Of a stretch of 52,753 nucleotides of DNA, positions 35,460-45,163 are shown one piece after another. The DNA lies in the IMG/VR virus record IMGVR_UViG_3300025131_000056; one strand, written 5' to 3'. The position numbers and the translations under genes are program-made. The DNA is from a virus. The notes beneath the pieces were generated by a model. It was not told where the DNA came from. It saw only the letters and a program-made list of their open reading frames with translations, and did no database searches. Each line of letters starts with the position of its first letter. The stretch's first letter is position 1.

Positions 35460-35460
35460 A

Positions 35461-35742
35461 ATGAAAATTAATTATACATTTATAGGTAAGCCAATCCCAG
35501 ATTTTTCGGTAGAAAGATTTTTGTATGACAACTTAGATAATAAAGCAATGTTAGAAGTATCTACGGAAAATGTTATTCATCGAGCGAGAGCATTTGTACA
35601 TGATAAAATCATAGATGAAATAGAAGTTTATTTTCATGGAGTATTCGTAGGTAGAACTGATTCAAGTGGCAGACTAGAAAGGTGGCCAGATGGATTCTGT
35701 GACTTTATGGATGATTCATTAATGAGACTTCTGGACAATTAG
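35461..35742 (+). CDS. Hypothetical protein
   Basis: 93 aa ORF. Confidence 0.5.
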   Translation: MKINYTFIGKPIPDFSVERFLYDNLDNKAMLEVSTENVIHRARAFVHDKIIDEIEVYFHGVFVGRTDSSGRLERWPDGFCDFMDDSLMRLLDN

Positions 35743-36348
35743 ATGAAAACATATCCATCAATACCTAAAGATTTCACGGAGGTCGAAGCATATATTTTTG
35801 ACAAGATAGATGGATCAAATTTAAGATTTGAGTGGACCAAGAAAAGCGGTTGGAATAAATTTGGAACTCGTCGTAGATTATTTGATGAGACAGATGTAGA
35901 TTTTGGGATAGCAAAAGAGCTATTTTTAGAACATTATACACCCGACTTAGATAGGGTCATTAAAAAACAACAGTGGCAAAAAGTTACACTATTCATGGAA
36001 TTTGCTGGAGAAAATTCTCTTGGTGGCTTACATGAAAATGAGCCTAAGACTTTGACTCTCATTGATGTCAATCCTTTTAAAAAAGGTATATTGCCGCCAA
36101 AAGAATTTGTGAAGTTATTTAATCATTTAGAATTTTCTGCTCCTTTCTTAGGAATACATAAATGGAATAAAAAATTATTATCAGACGTAAGAAATAATAA
36201 TTTTAACGGAGTTTCTTTTGAAGGTGTTGTGGGAAAAGCATTAATCAAAAATAGAATTGTTATGCGAAAAGCTAAAACACAAGAATGGCTTGATACAATT
36301 ACAGATAGATATGATAAAGAAACCGCAAAAAAGATAATTAATAGCTGA
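35743..36348 (+). CDS. Rnl2-like RNA ligase (second, compact ligase)
   Basis: Motif I IFDKIDGSNLRFEW, KFGTRRRLF, LFMEFAGENSLGG, motif IV SFEGVVGKA, motif V VMRKAKTQEWLD. Confidence 0.8.
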   Translation: MKTYPSIPKDFTEVEAYIFDKIDGSNLRFEWTKKSGWNKFGTRRRLFDETDVDFGIAKELFLEHYTPDLDRVIKKQQWQKVTLFMEFAGENSLGGLHENEPKTLTLIDVNPFKKGILPPKEFVKLFNHLEFSAPFLGIHKWNKKLLSDVRNNNFNGVSFEGVVGKALIKNRIVMRKAKTQEWLDTITDRYDKETAKKIINS

Positions 36349-36350
36349 GG

Positions 36351-36728
36351 ATGAGAATGACAAATGAAGAGAAAGTGGTAGCATATTTGGATAAAAGTTC
36401 AATTGCTCCAGATGAGTTTAGCGTGTGGTCAGTAAGTATGAAAAAATATGTAGACGATCAATATGTAAGGGTTTTATTCGGGCATTTTCTTTCTTCATTT
36501 CAAGATGTAGTAGAGTATGCTTTCGACAAAGATTTTAACGTCGAAACAGATCGAATAAGACAAGTTGTAATTAACGAAATACCCAAAAACTATAACCAGC
36601 AGAAGAAGGATCTAGAAAGCAGCTTGGACAAAACGAGAGCTAGGGAGTCTTTTTTGAAAGAACAATTGTGTGAACTACAGATTATTGCTTTGGATCCAAA
36701 AGAAATGAGAAAGACAGATGAATTTTAA
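36351..36728 (+). CDS. Hypothetical protein
   Basis: 125 aa ORF. Confidence 0.5.
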   Translation: MRMTNEEKVVAYLDKSSIAPDEFSVWSVSMKKYVDDQYVRVLFGHFLSSFQDVVEYAFDKDFNVETDRIRQVVINEIPKNYNQQKKDLESSLDKTRARESFLKEQLCELQIIALDPKEMRKTDEF

Positions 36729-36773
36729 TTTTTCTTTTATCATTAACTATATGATTCAAACAAAGGATTTCTC

Positions 36774-37658
36774 ATGTTATTAAAAAAATTACAATTAAAA
36801 CAATTAATTAATCCGCCGCCTTGGCTCATAAAAACTACTCATTATCTATGTCAGATGGGTAGTACAGCATATGGCGTTGCAGGGGATGATTCAGATTCAG
36901 ATATTTATGGTTTCTGTATTCCTCCAAAAGAAATGATTTTTCCACATCTAAAGAGGGAAATTTTTGGCTTTGGAAGGCAAACTAAAAGGTTTGAGCAATG
37001 GCAAGAGCATCATATAAAAGATCTGTCTAATAAAAAAGAATACGATTTTGGCATTTATAATATTGTAAAATTTTTCCAATTATGTATGGATAATAATCCA
37101 AACATGGTCGATAGTTTATTTGTGCCAGAACATTGTATACTTCATTGTAATACTATTGGCAACATTGTAAGAGAAAACAGAAAATTATTTCTTCATAAAG
37201 GATCTTGGCATAGGTTCAGAGGTTATGCTTATTCTATGTTACATAAAATGTCTATTAAGACTCCAGCACCAGGAAGCAAGCGTGAAAAGTCTATTAAGAA
37301 ATATGGTTTTGATATTAAATTTGCATATCACATTGTTCGTTTAATGTATGAGGTCGAAGAAATCCTTACGACAGGTGATCTTCATCTTGACCAAAATAGT
37401 GAAACCTTAAAAGCAATTCGAAGGGGCGAGTGGTCTCAAGAGCGAGTAGAAAAGTTTTTTGAACAAAAAGAACATGCCTTAAATGAGGCTTATGAAAAAA
37501 GCACAATCCCACATAGGCCAAATGAAGAATTAATAAAACAAGTCTTATTAAAATGTCTTGAACATCATTTCGGAAGTTTAGACAAGTGTGTTATAAATCA
37601 AGATAAATATAAAAAAGCATTAACTGAAATTGAGCACATATGCTCTAGCATCACATAA
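36774..37658 (+). CDS. RlaP/YcgL-type nucleotidyltransferase (DNA polymerase beta fold)
   Basis: LCQMGSTAYGVAGDDSDSDIYGFCIPPKEMIF matches GSxxYG...SDxDxxG. Confidence 0.78.
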   Translation: MLLKKLQLKQLINPPPWLIKTTHYLCQMGSTAYGVAGDDSDSDIYGFCIPPKEMIFPHLKREIFGFGRQTKRFEQWQEHHIKDLSNKKEYDFGIYNIVKFFQLCMDNNPNMVDSLFVPEHCILHCNTIGNIVRENRKLFLHKGSWHRFRGYAYSMLHKMSIKTPAPGSKREKSIKKYGFDIKFAYHIVRLMYEVEEILTTGDLHLDQNSETLKAIRRGEWSQERVEKFFEQKEHALNEAYEKSTIPHRPNEELIKQVLLKCLEHHFGSLDKCVINQDKYKKALTEIEHICSSIT

Positions 37659-37667
37659 GGAGGAAGC

Positions 37668-38321
37668 ATGTTACTAATTTGTTTATTATTGATCTTAGCG
37701 TGTGTAGTTGGTTCACTTCCATTATATATAAATAATAATTCTAAAATCTTACACTTTCTTTTATCCTTAAGTGCTGGAATATTTATTGCTATAGTCTTTA
37801 TACATTTAATTCCCGAACTACCAGAGGGATTTCAGGGGCATTGGTTATTGTTAGGATTTAGTTCTATTTTATTTGTAGAAAAAGTAGTTCGAAAAGAAAA
37901 CAAAAATCATACAACAAGTAGTATTACGGCTTTTGTTGGCCTTTCATTACATGCTTTTGTAACAGGTTTAGCAATGGGCGCAAGTCCAGAAATGCTTTGT
38001 GCGGTATTATCTTTACCAATGATGATACATAAAGCTACAGAATCGATATCATTATCATCATTGCTAAATTTATCATCACTGTCGAGAAAACTATCGCTTT
38101 TATTATTAGCCATATTTGCTTTTATTACTCCACTAGGTATTATTCTTGGCCCTTATTTTTCTTCATTGGTTGGAAAGTCAATAGCATTAGAACTTGCATC
38201 AGGAACTTTTCTATATGTTGTAACAATGGATCTTATACCAGAAATTTTCTGTGACCATAAAGAATTACATGCTTTTATTTTCTTTGTAATAGGGATAACC
38301 CTAATGACTTTTATAGGATAA
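37668..38321 (+). CDS. ZIP-family metal transporter
   Basis: HLIPELPEG, GLSLHAFVTGLAMG, MMIHKATESISL, LASGTFLYVVTMDLIPE. Confidence 0.85.
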   Translation: MLLICLLLILACVVGSLPLYINNNSKILHFLLSLSAGIFIAIVFIHLIPELPEGFQGHWLLLGFSSILFVEKVVRKENKNHTTSSITAFVGLSLHAFVTGLAMGASPEMLCAVLSLPMMIHKATESISLSSLLNLSSLSRKLSLLLLAIFAFITPLGIILGPYFSSLVGKSIALELASGTFLYVVTMDLIPEIFCDHKELHAFIFFVIGITLMTFIG

Positions 38322-38325
38322 AAAA

Positions 38326-39027
38326 ATGACACAACATTTTTCTAAAGTAGGTAGTGCCGCCCAAAATAATACTTTACTTAAAGTTCACCGAGCGTCTCAT
38401 AATATTAAAATATTAAAGCAAGACATAAGAGACTTTTTTAAACAAAAGCGATCTTCGCTCTTAGTAATGAAATCTATAGACTTACAGGTTATTGAAATAG
38501 TTAGTAAAGTTTCTGGATGTTGGTGTGCTGGTGGAGCACCGTTAGCCATGTACACTGGCACAGTAAATCAAATCAGAGACTGGGATTTATTTTTCATGGG
38601 CCACGAATCTATGGAAAAAGTTCGGACTCTTTTAGAGAGAAGTGATTTTAAGCTTGCTGTTACAACAAAATATGCTTTAACTTTTGAAAAATCTGGAGCC
38701 TTTGTTCAGTTGATTCATGGACAATTTTTCCCCAGCATAGAGGATGTTTTCTCAGTATTTGACTTTAGTGCGTCTTGTATTGCAATTGACGGCACAGATT
38801 TTTTCTATGAGAATCAAACTTTAAAAAGCATAAGCAATAAAACTTTAGAGTTTTATGGAACTTCTAACATGCAGCATGTATTAATTAGGCTAGCAAAATA
38901 TGGAGCAAAAGGATTCAAGCCTTCACAGAATTTTGGGGAAGCATTTTATGATTTTATTGAAAATAATATTCATGATATTGATTATGAGCATACTCCAATA
39001 TGTGTAAAGGGAAGTTATGTAAGTTGA
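38326..39027 (+). CDS. Nucleotidyltransferase-fold-like protein
   Basis: CWCAGGAPLAMYTGTVNQIRDWDLFFMG resembles the GG...DxD signature of poly(A) polymerase/CCA-like heads. Confidence 0.55.
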   Translation: MTQHFSKVGSAAQNNTLLKVHRASHNIKILKQDIRDFFKQKRSSLLVMKSIDLQVIEIVSKVSGCWCAGGAPLAMYTGTVNQIRDWDLFFMGHESMEKVRTLLERSDFKLAVTTKYALTFEKSGAFVQLIHGQFFPSIEDVFSVFDFSASCIAIDGTDFFYENQTLKSISNKTLEFYGTSNMQHVLIRLAKYGAKGFKPSQNFGEAFYDFIENNIHDIDYEHTPICVKGSYVS

Positions 39028-39181
39028 AATATATAATAATGATTATTAGTATGTTGTGGAATACTAATCATAATTCTAAGTTTAATGATCTCTGTATTAG
39101 ATAATAATTTTTGCTCTAATAACTTCTTATAAAATCATATATCGCGATATTTGCGGTGCGCTTATCAAAAAGGAATCTCAA

Positions 39182-40387
39182 ATGCATGAAACTAAAGGTT
39201 TGACAAATTCGGATGCGTCATTTAGAAATGGATATCCTCTTAAAAAGAAAAATGTTAAACAGATCATAAATCGAGTAACAAGTATAACTAGAGAAGTCTT
39301 AACAATATATTCTTTGGTAAAAACAAAAAATCCACTGTCTATAGGGTTAGGAGTCATATCTTCTGTTGGACTCATCTATGATAATTTAGGAATGAAAGAG
39401 GGTGTTGGGGCTTCTATGTTAAAAGAACGAGGATATAAGAATTTTCATGATATAGATGCAGATCTTATCTACTACACTATCAAACATATAGGGCTAGAAG
39501 AAGAATTCATTATCAAGGATGAGGATGATGATTCCCGCAAAATTAGTAGATTTCTTATTAAAGATGTTGAAATTTTATTTTATCATTGTGATGGTGGAAT
39601 TTACGGTCCTTTTGTGAAAGACAAGAAGGAATTTTCGCAAGCATTTTCGGGACTTGTGTTTGATAAGCTTGGTGGAATGATAAAAATAGAAGTTAAGATG
39701 GGCAATGAAAGAGAAGCGGTAAAATTTTCTCCACTTGATATTAGTACAAATATATATATCAGCACCATTGACGAATCAGAATTAATACGCAAATTACAAA
39801 TGTTTAGAGATATGGGTTTCACAAGATCATTGCTTTTTCATGGTCCTCCGGGTGTAGGAAAGACAACTTTAGTTGGGAGAATGGTCGAGAAAATGGGAGG
39901 TAAATTAATCATTTTACATCCTGACACTATTGATTGTATTGAAATGTCTCTATTATCACTTCTTAATTTATTAAATCCTGACATTATTTTATTTGATGAT
40001 ATAGATAGAATTCATGAATTTAATGATATTCTTGCTTACTTGGAAGAATTAAATAGATTTAATAAGACTAACCGATTAATTATTGGAACCGTAAATGATC
40101 TATATGCTATGCCAGCGCCGATGAGAAGACCTGGCAGATTTGATCAAATTATAAAATTTGGTCCCCCTAATAAAGCTCAGATATTGGAAATTGTAAATGC
40201 CTATTCAGAAAAATTTAATGTTAGTTTTTCTAAAGATGGAATAGGAGAAATTGTTGATGCCTGTAATCATTTGACTCCAGCATTTATACAAGAAATAGTA
40301 AAACGTAAGTTAGTTTATTCTGAAGATGAACTCTTAGAACAGATAAAATATATGAAAGAACTCTTAAGACCAGGTGGAGAAGAATGA
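39182..40387 (+). CDS. AAA+ ATPase
   Basis: Walker A HGPPGVGKTTL, Walker B IILFDDIDR, GTVNDLYAMPAPMRRPGRFDQ. Confidence 0.9.
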   Translation: MHETKGLTNSDASFRNGYPLKKKNVKQIINRVTSITREVLTIYSLVKTKNPLSIGLGVISSVGLIYDNLGMKEGVGASMLKERGYKNFHDIDADLIYYTIKHIGLEEEFIIKDEDDDSRKISRFLIKDVEILFYHCDGGIYGPFVKDKKEFSQAFSGLVFDKLGGMIKIEVKMGNEREAVKFSPLDISTNIYISTIDESELIRKLQMFRDMGFTRSLLFHGPPGVGKTTLVGRMVEKMGGKLIILHPDTIDCIEMSLLSLLNLLNPDIILFDDIDRIHEFNDILAYLEELNRFNKTNRLIIGTVNDLYAMPAPMRRPGRFDQIIKFGPPNKAQILEIVNAYSEKFNVSFSKDGIGEIVDACNHLTPAFIQEIVKRKLVYSEDELLEQIKYMKELLRPGGEE

Positions 40388-42669
40388 AAAATAAACTTCC
40401 AGTGATAGTATTATATGATAGAGATATCGGTGTTTTTCCGAGAATCGTTTATAATATAGAATTTAATAGACCAGATTCTATATCTATTGTTCATAAGATC
40501 TTACAACTTGGCGGGAAAGCAATTATAGTTGCTCAAAAAACAAGTACCTCAGATGTAAGCGACACTAAAAAGTTACATAGATTTGGCACAGAAATTGTTA
40601 TTAAAAAATCAATAGATGCACCACATAATTCTTCTGTCATTATAACAGCAATGGGAATTAATAGAGTTGCTATTAGTCGTTATCTTAAAAATAAAGACAA
40701 CGAAATTAATTTTGCAACCTACACTATTGTTAATGATGATTTTAAGAATGTAAATCAAGACACATTCGAAGCAGTTTCTAATATTAAAGATTTATTAGAC
40801 TATTATGATTTAACTCAATTAATGACAGAAGAGGATCTTCCAACTTCAGAAAGAGAATTAATAGAATTTATTGATAAGCTGGCTATAGATTTGCCGCTAA
40901 CAACTATGGAGAGAATTAATGTAATTAAAGAGTCGGATGTAAATATAAGGGCTGGCATTGTTGTTCAAAATGGTTTTGAGTTAATTAGTAGGGTTGAAGA
41001 AGAACTGGAAAACTACGATGAAATGGCGCAAGATGTTGATGAATATGAAGAAGAATATGAAGATGTTCAGGATCAATTGGCATTAGAGGACATTGCTAGG
41101 ATAGAAAAAGAATACAAAGAAAAAGATATGCCTGACGACATTATAGAAGAGTTTCAAAAAGAACTATATCGAATGCGTCAAATGCAATCAGGTTCAACGG
41201 AAATTTCAATTAGTCAAACATGGCTAGATACTCTATTATCTCTCCCTTGGGTGGAGAAAACAGAAGAAAACCTCAATCTTAAAAAATCTAAAAAAATCCT
41301 CAACGAGGATCATTATGGTTTAGCAGAAGTTAAAGATAGATTATTAGAATACATTGCCGTCAGAAATCATGCAACAGAAGCAGCAAATCCAATTTTATGT
41401 TTTGCTGGGTCGCCGGGAGTAGGAAAAACCAGTTTTGGTCAAAGTGTTGCAAGAGCATTGGGGAGAAAATTCATTCGAATATCATTGGGAGGTGTCTCAG
41501 ACGAATCAGAAATTAGAGGACATAGAAGAACTTATATTGGAGCAATGCCTGGCAAAATCATACAAAATCTTACAAGAGTTAAAGTTAGAAATCCAGTATT
41601 TATATTAGATGAGCTAGATAAAATGCTGGAACATTATAGGGGAGATCCTTCCTCTGCACTATTAGAAGTGTTAGATCCAGAACAAAACGAAAATTTTGTG
41701 GATCATTATGTTGGGCTTCCTTTTAGTTTAAAAGATGTTTTATTTATTGCCACCGTAAATGACTTAAGTAAATTGCATCCTGCTCTAAAAGATAGAATGG
41801 AAATTATTGAGTTACCAGACTATTCTATTTATGACAAACTACACATTGCTAAAAAACATTTAATTCCGAAACAATTAAAATTACATAATTTAAATAAGAA
41901 AAATATTAAATTCACCAATAACGCAATTAGAACAATCATCGATAAATATACTTCTGAGCCAGGAGTAAGAAACTTAGAAAGAAGATGTGCTGCGATCCTT
42001 AGAAAATTTATAGCAAATAATTCAAATCAAATTGATTCTGAATTTACTATAGATTCTAATTATATAAAGACATCTTTGGGCGTTCCTAAGATTGTGCCAG
42101 AAGAGAAATTAGATAATCCCGAAATAGGTGTTACTACTGGTTTGGCTTGGAGCAGCTATGGTGGTGGTTCACTTATGTTTATCGAATCATTATTAACAAA
42201 TGAAGCTAATGGGAAGTTAACACTTACGGGAAATTTGGGAAAAGTATTACAAGAGTCAGTTAATATAATTCATTCTTGGATCAAATCTAATAAGAGAACA
42301 TTACAAATAGATAAAGATATTATTAAACAGAATATACACGTTCACTTGCCAGACGGATCTACTCCAAAAGATGGGCCATCGGCTGGAATAGCAATCGCTG
42401 TATCAATAATATCTTCTATGCGTAAAGTGCCCGTAAGAAATGATATTGCAATGACTGGAGAGGTGACATTAAGAGGAAGAGTTAAAGAAATTGGTAAAGT
42501 AAGAGAGAAGATATTAGCAGCACATAGAGCGGGAATTTTTAATGTAATAATTCCCAAAGAAAATGAAAAGGACTTGGAAGAACTTCCTGAAGAAGTGAAG
42601 AAAGAGGTAACAATATTTCCAGTAACAGAACTCGGAGATGCGCTAAAACTTGTATTTAAGGAGGAATAA
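40384..42669 (+). CDS. lon: ATP-dependent Lon protease
   Basis: AGSPGVGKTSFGQSVARALGRKF, ILDELDKM, catalytic Ser TPKDGPSAGIAIA, Lys TGEVTLRGRVKEIGKVREKILAAHRAG. Confidence 0.95.
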   Translation: MKNKLPVIVLYDRDIGVFPRIVYNIEFNRPDSISIVHKILQLGGKAIIVAQKTSTSDVSDTKKLHRFGTEIVIKKSIDAPHNSSVIITAMGINRVAISRYLKNKDNEINFATYTIVNDDFKNVNQDTFEAVSNIKDLLDYYDLTQLMTEEDLPTSERELIEFIDKLAIDLPLTTMERINVIKESDVNIRAGIVVQNGFELISRVEEELENYDEMAQDVDEYEEEYEDVQDQLALEDIARIEKEYKEKDMPDDIIEEFQKELYRMRQMQSGSTEISISQTWLDTLLSLPWVEKTEENLNLKKSKKILNEDHYGLAEVKDRLLEYIAVRNHATEAANPILCFAGSPGVGKTSFGQSVARALGRKFIRISLGGVSDESEIRGHRRTYIGAMPGKIIQNLTRVKVRNPVFILDELDKMLEHYRGDPSSALLEVLDPEQNENFVDHYVGLPFSLKDVLFIATVNDLSKLHPALKDRMEIIELPDYSIYDKLHIAKKHLIPKQLKLHNLNKKNIKFTNNAIRTIIDKYTSEPGVRNLERRCAAILRKFIANNSNQIDSEFTIDSNYIKTSLGVPKIVPEEKLDNPEIGVTTGLAWSSYGGGSLMFIESLLTNEANGKLTLTGNLGKVLQESVNIIHSWIKSNKRTLQIDKDIIKQNIHVHLPDGSTPKDGPSAGIAIAVSIISSMRKVPVRNDIAMTGEVTLRGRVKEIGKVREKILAAHRAGIFNVIIPKENEKDLEELPEEVKKEVTIFPVTELGDALKLVFKEE

Positions 42670-42876
42670 ATGTTTGTATGTGATTTTTGTGGATTAACAT
42701 CAAAATCTGGTGAAACCAGTTACTCTATTATAACTAGAAGGAGGAAGGTCTTATATGGACTGTATGATAAGAATCAAAATGAATTAGGCAAGAAATTAGG
42801 ATGGGAGATTATTAAAGAGTCAAAGGCATGTACACAATGTAATATTGCTTTTTTACAGAGTAACAAGGGAGAATAA
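42670..42876 (+). CDS. Small zinc-finger protein
   Basis: CDFCGL...CTQC. Confidence 0.55.
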   Translation: MFVCDFCGLTSKSGETSYSIITRRRKVLYGLYDKNQNELGKKLGWEIIKESKACTQCNIAFLQSNKGE

Positions 42877-42879
42877 AAA

Positions 42880-43221
42880 ATGAATCGTCAAAATAATGTT
42901 GTAAAGTCAGACTATACTTATCTAGTTTTCGCATATCGTGATAACTCTGAATTTGATCAGGAATATCAACTAATGCGTTGTAAGGTTCTTGAGGCACATC
43001 GTGATCATTTAGTTGTTGAAAGTCTTAAGAGATATAATCAGAAGTATGCTGGTGCGGAAATGGCCATACGAGGTAGGTATGTGGGTATGCCAGTACGAAG
43101 AATTAATAAAGATCAGTGTTATGCAATTGTAGATGAAACTACATCTGCTGAAGTTCCTTGGGAAACTGTAAGGCGTCGTGAGGGCGCTACTACTCCAGGT
43201 CGCTCTCGTGGCGGCAGATAG
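42880..43221 (+). CDS. Hypothetical protein with GRSRGGR C-terminus
   Basis: 113 aa ORF. Confidence 0.6.
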   Translation: MNRQNNVVKSDYTYLVFAYRDNSEFDQEYQLMRCKVLEAHRDHLVVESLKRYNQKYAGAEMAIRGRYVGMPVRRINKDQCYAIVDETTSAEVPWETVRRREGATTPGRSRGGR

Positions 43222-43242
43222 AAACAATAAAGGAGAACTAAA

Positions 43243-43404
43243 ATGAAGTATTTTTTTGGGTCATTAGAAATCGAGAATAGTGAACTTACATCAGCAGAGG
43301 TTAAGAAGGTTTGGGCCTCTGTGCATCCTGAGATTGAAAATGCTGTTGCTGAAGAGCGTGAAGATGGCATTCACTTTGTACAGAGAAGTGGTACTAAGGG
43401 TTAG
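43243..43404 (+). CDS. Ubiquitin-like candidate (PRTRC protein C / Prok_Ub-like), copy 1
   Basis: MKYFFGSLEIENSELTSAEVKKVWASVHPEIENAVAEEREDGIHFVQRSGTKG*; GTKG terminus. Confidence 0.55.
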   Translation: MKYFFGSLEIENSELTSAEVKKVWASVHPEIENAVAEEREDGIHFVQRSGTKG

Positions 43405-43418
43405 TCAAGCCCAAATGA

Positions 43419-43443
43419 GCTTGTCTCTATAGTAGAGACAAGC
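43419..43443 (+). terminator. Perfect hairpin between tandem Ub-like copies
   Basis: GCTTGTCTC-TATAGTA-GAGACAAGC, followed downstream by TCTTTT. Confidence 0.6.
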
Positions 43444-43479
43444 CTATTAATCTTTTACGGCAGTAATAGGAGAACTAGA

Positions 43480-43641
43480 ATGAAGTATTTTTTTGGATCA
43501 CTAGAAATCGAGAATAGCGAGCTTACATCAGCAGAGGTTAAGAAGGTTTGGGCTTCTGTTCATCCTGAGATCGAGAATGCTGTTGCTGAAGAGCGTGAAG
43601 ACGGTATTCACTTTGTACAGAGAAGTGGAACCAAGGGCTAA
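43480..43641 (+). CDS. Ubiquitin-like candidate, copy 2 (tandem duplicate)
   Basis: Near-identical 53 aa protein ending GTKG*. Confidence 0.55.
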   Translation: MKYFFGSLEIENSELTSAEVKKVWASVHPEIENAVAEEREDGIHFVQRSGTKG

Positions 43642-43666
43642 AAATTCCTAAATATATCCTCCCCTC

Positions 43667-43948
43667 ATGTCCACGGAGGGGAGGATAAAGGATTATATTA
43701 TGAATGTAAGAACTATTTATAAATCGGTTCCTAGGAAAAAGAAAGAAGAAAATAATTTATTAAAGGAAGTCTTAGATATTGTAAAAATTACAGATCCTAG
43801 AAAAATTCCAGAAAGTCTTACATCAGTAAGTTTGGGAGAGATAGGAGATTATGTGATGAATAATAATATAAATTTTCAGGATTTTCAAAATTTTATGATA
43901 AGAGTGTCAAGAGTACCCTGCCTAATGGGAAATAATGAGTATATATAA
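43667..43948 (+). CDS. Hypothetical protein
   Basis: 93 aa ORF (start may be internal). Confidence 0.5.
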   Translation: MSTEGRIKDYIMNVRTIYKSVPRKKKEENNLLKEVLDIVKITDPRKIPESLTSVSLGEIGDYVMNNNINFQDFQNFMIRVSRVPCLMGNNEYI

Positions 43949-44517
43949 TGATAAGAAATATTATTTTAAGTCACATTAGATTCTTAGAAATATTCAAATG
44001 GTTTAACAATCAAGGAATTTTAACTACCAAACATAAAACGCCAATCCAATATCCAACAATAAATAAGGCCAATAATGCTTTTAAGAGAGTTATGAGAAAA
44101 GGAATAAAATTATTGTTAGAAAAATATGGATTGAAGTGTAATTTCCAAGAAAATTATGTAAACATTACAATTTCTACTAGCCAATTTGATCAATGGTTTG
44201 AGCAATTTAATAATATAGACTTACTAAGAATGACTCTTAGATATCATTTTACAAACAGTGCATATAGTGGGCACAAACCTTATTATAGGAATCTAAATTT
44301 TGCCTCAATAAATATCCCTTCATCTATACACACTTATAAAGGAACATATTTAACAAACTATTTAGATGATATTTTAAAAGATTTAGAGCAAATTGCGAAG
44401 ATAATAAACCCGGAGAAAAAACCTTTAAAAAAAGCTGTACGAAAAACAAAGACAGAAGTTAAAACCACAAGTAATGAACAAGAATTATTTGATGCTAGTT
44501 TGGCACGAAGGCTATAA
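43948..44517 (+). CDS. Hypothetical protein in the Ub-like operon
   Basis: 189 aa ORF. Confidence 0.6.
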   Translation: MIRNIILSHIRFLEIFKWFNNQGILTTKHKTPIQYPTINKANNAFKRVMRKGIKLLLEKYGLKCNFQENYVNITISTSQFDQWFEQFNNIDLLRMTLRYHFTNSAYSGHKPYYRNLNFASINIPSSIHTYKGTYLTNYLDDILKDLEQIAKIINPEKKPLKKAVRKTKTEVKTTSNEQELFDASLARRL

Positions 44518-44519
44518 CA

Positions 44520-45163
44520 TGAATGGCGATAAATTAAAAATAGAAATAACTGAGGGCGAAGAACTTAGTTATCTGGAAATGACACGAGCTGATGGTAAAA
44601 AAGAATATAAGACTATTTCTTTTTTTGATTTCATAGAGGCTGTCAGAAATGAAGCTCCAGTTACTACTGGACTATTGCCTCCAGGAACTAGAATCTTTGG
44701 CGGCAGCGAATCAAACTTTTCAATTATCATAGAACAACCTCCGATGAAGTATGTGATTGTCACAAATTATCAGGAACTTAGAAAAATAACCGTTCCTTTG
44801 CCAGCTACATTATTTGGCGCAAAGGTAGTCAATTCTAAACTTAGTATTGTCAGAATAGTTAGTTTTATTGGCCCGTTATTAAATGAGAGTAAACCGCTTT
44901 ATTATTTTCCATATGGCAATTGTAGTCCAGAAGTCTGTTGGGGTTCTGCCAGAATTTCAAACATAACTGGCCCAAAAGGCATATATTCTCTTATAGCAAA
45001 GTTTATGGATTCACATTTTAATGGTGATCTTTGGTATATAAATGGATATAATTCTTTCTATAATTTTATAAACGATATGTCGCAGAAAGATGAATTTCCA
45101 GAAAAACATCTGGCGCAATTAAATTGTACTTTCTCGGGTTTTAAAAACAATCTATTTCTTTAA
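44520..45163 (+). CDS. E2-like candidate (PRTRC protein B / Prok-E2_D-like)
   Basis: LLPPGTRIFGG...KPLYYFPYGNCSPEVCWGSARI; position next to JAB and ThiF genes. Confidence 0.55.

Noticed and set aside
39182-42669. Host chromosomal island rather than phage
   Set aside because: Lon and AAA+ genes alone could be cellular, but the uniform strand, overlapping tiny ORFs, tRNA/tmRNA mix, RNA ligases and HNH genes favor a large phage. Without structural genes in view this remains an inference.
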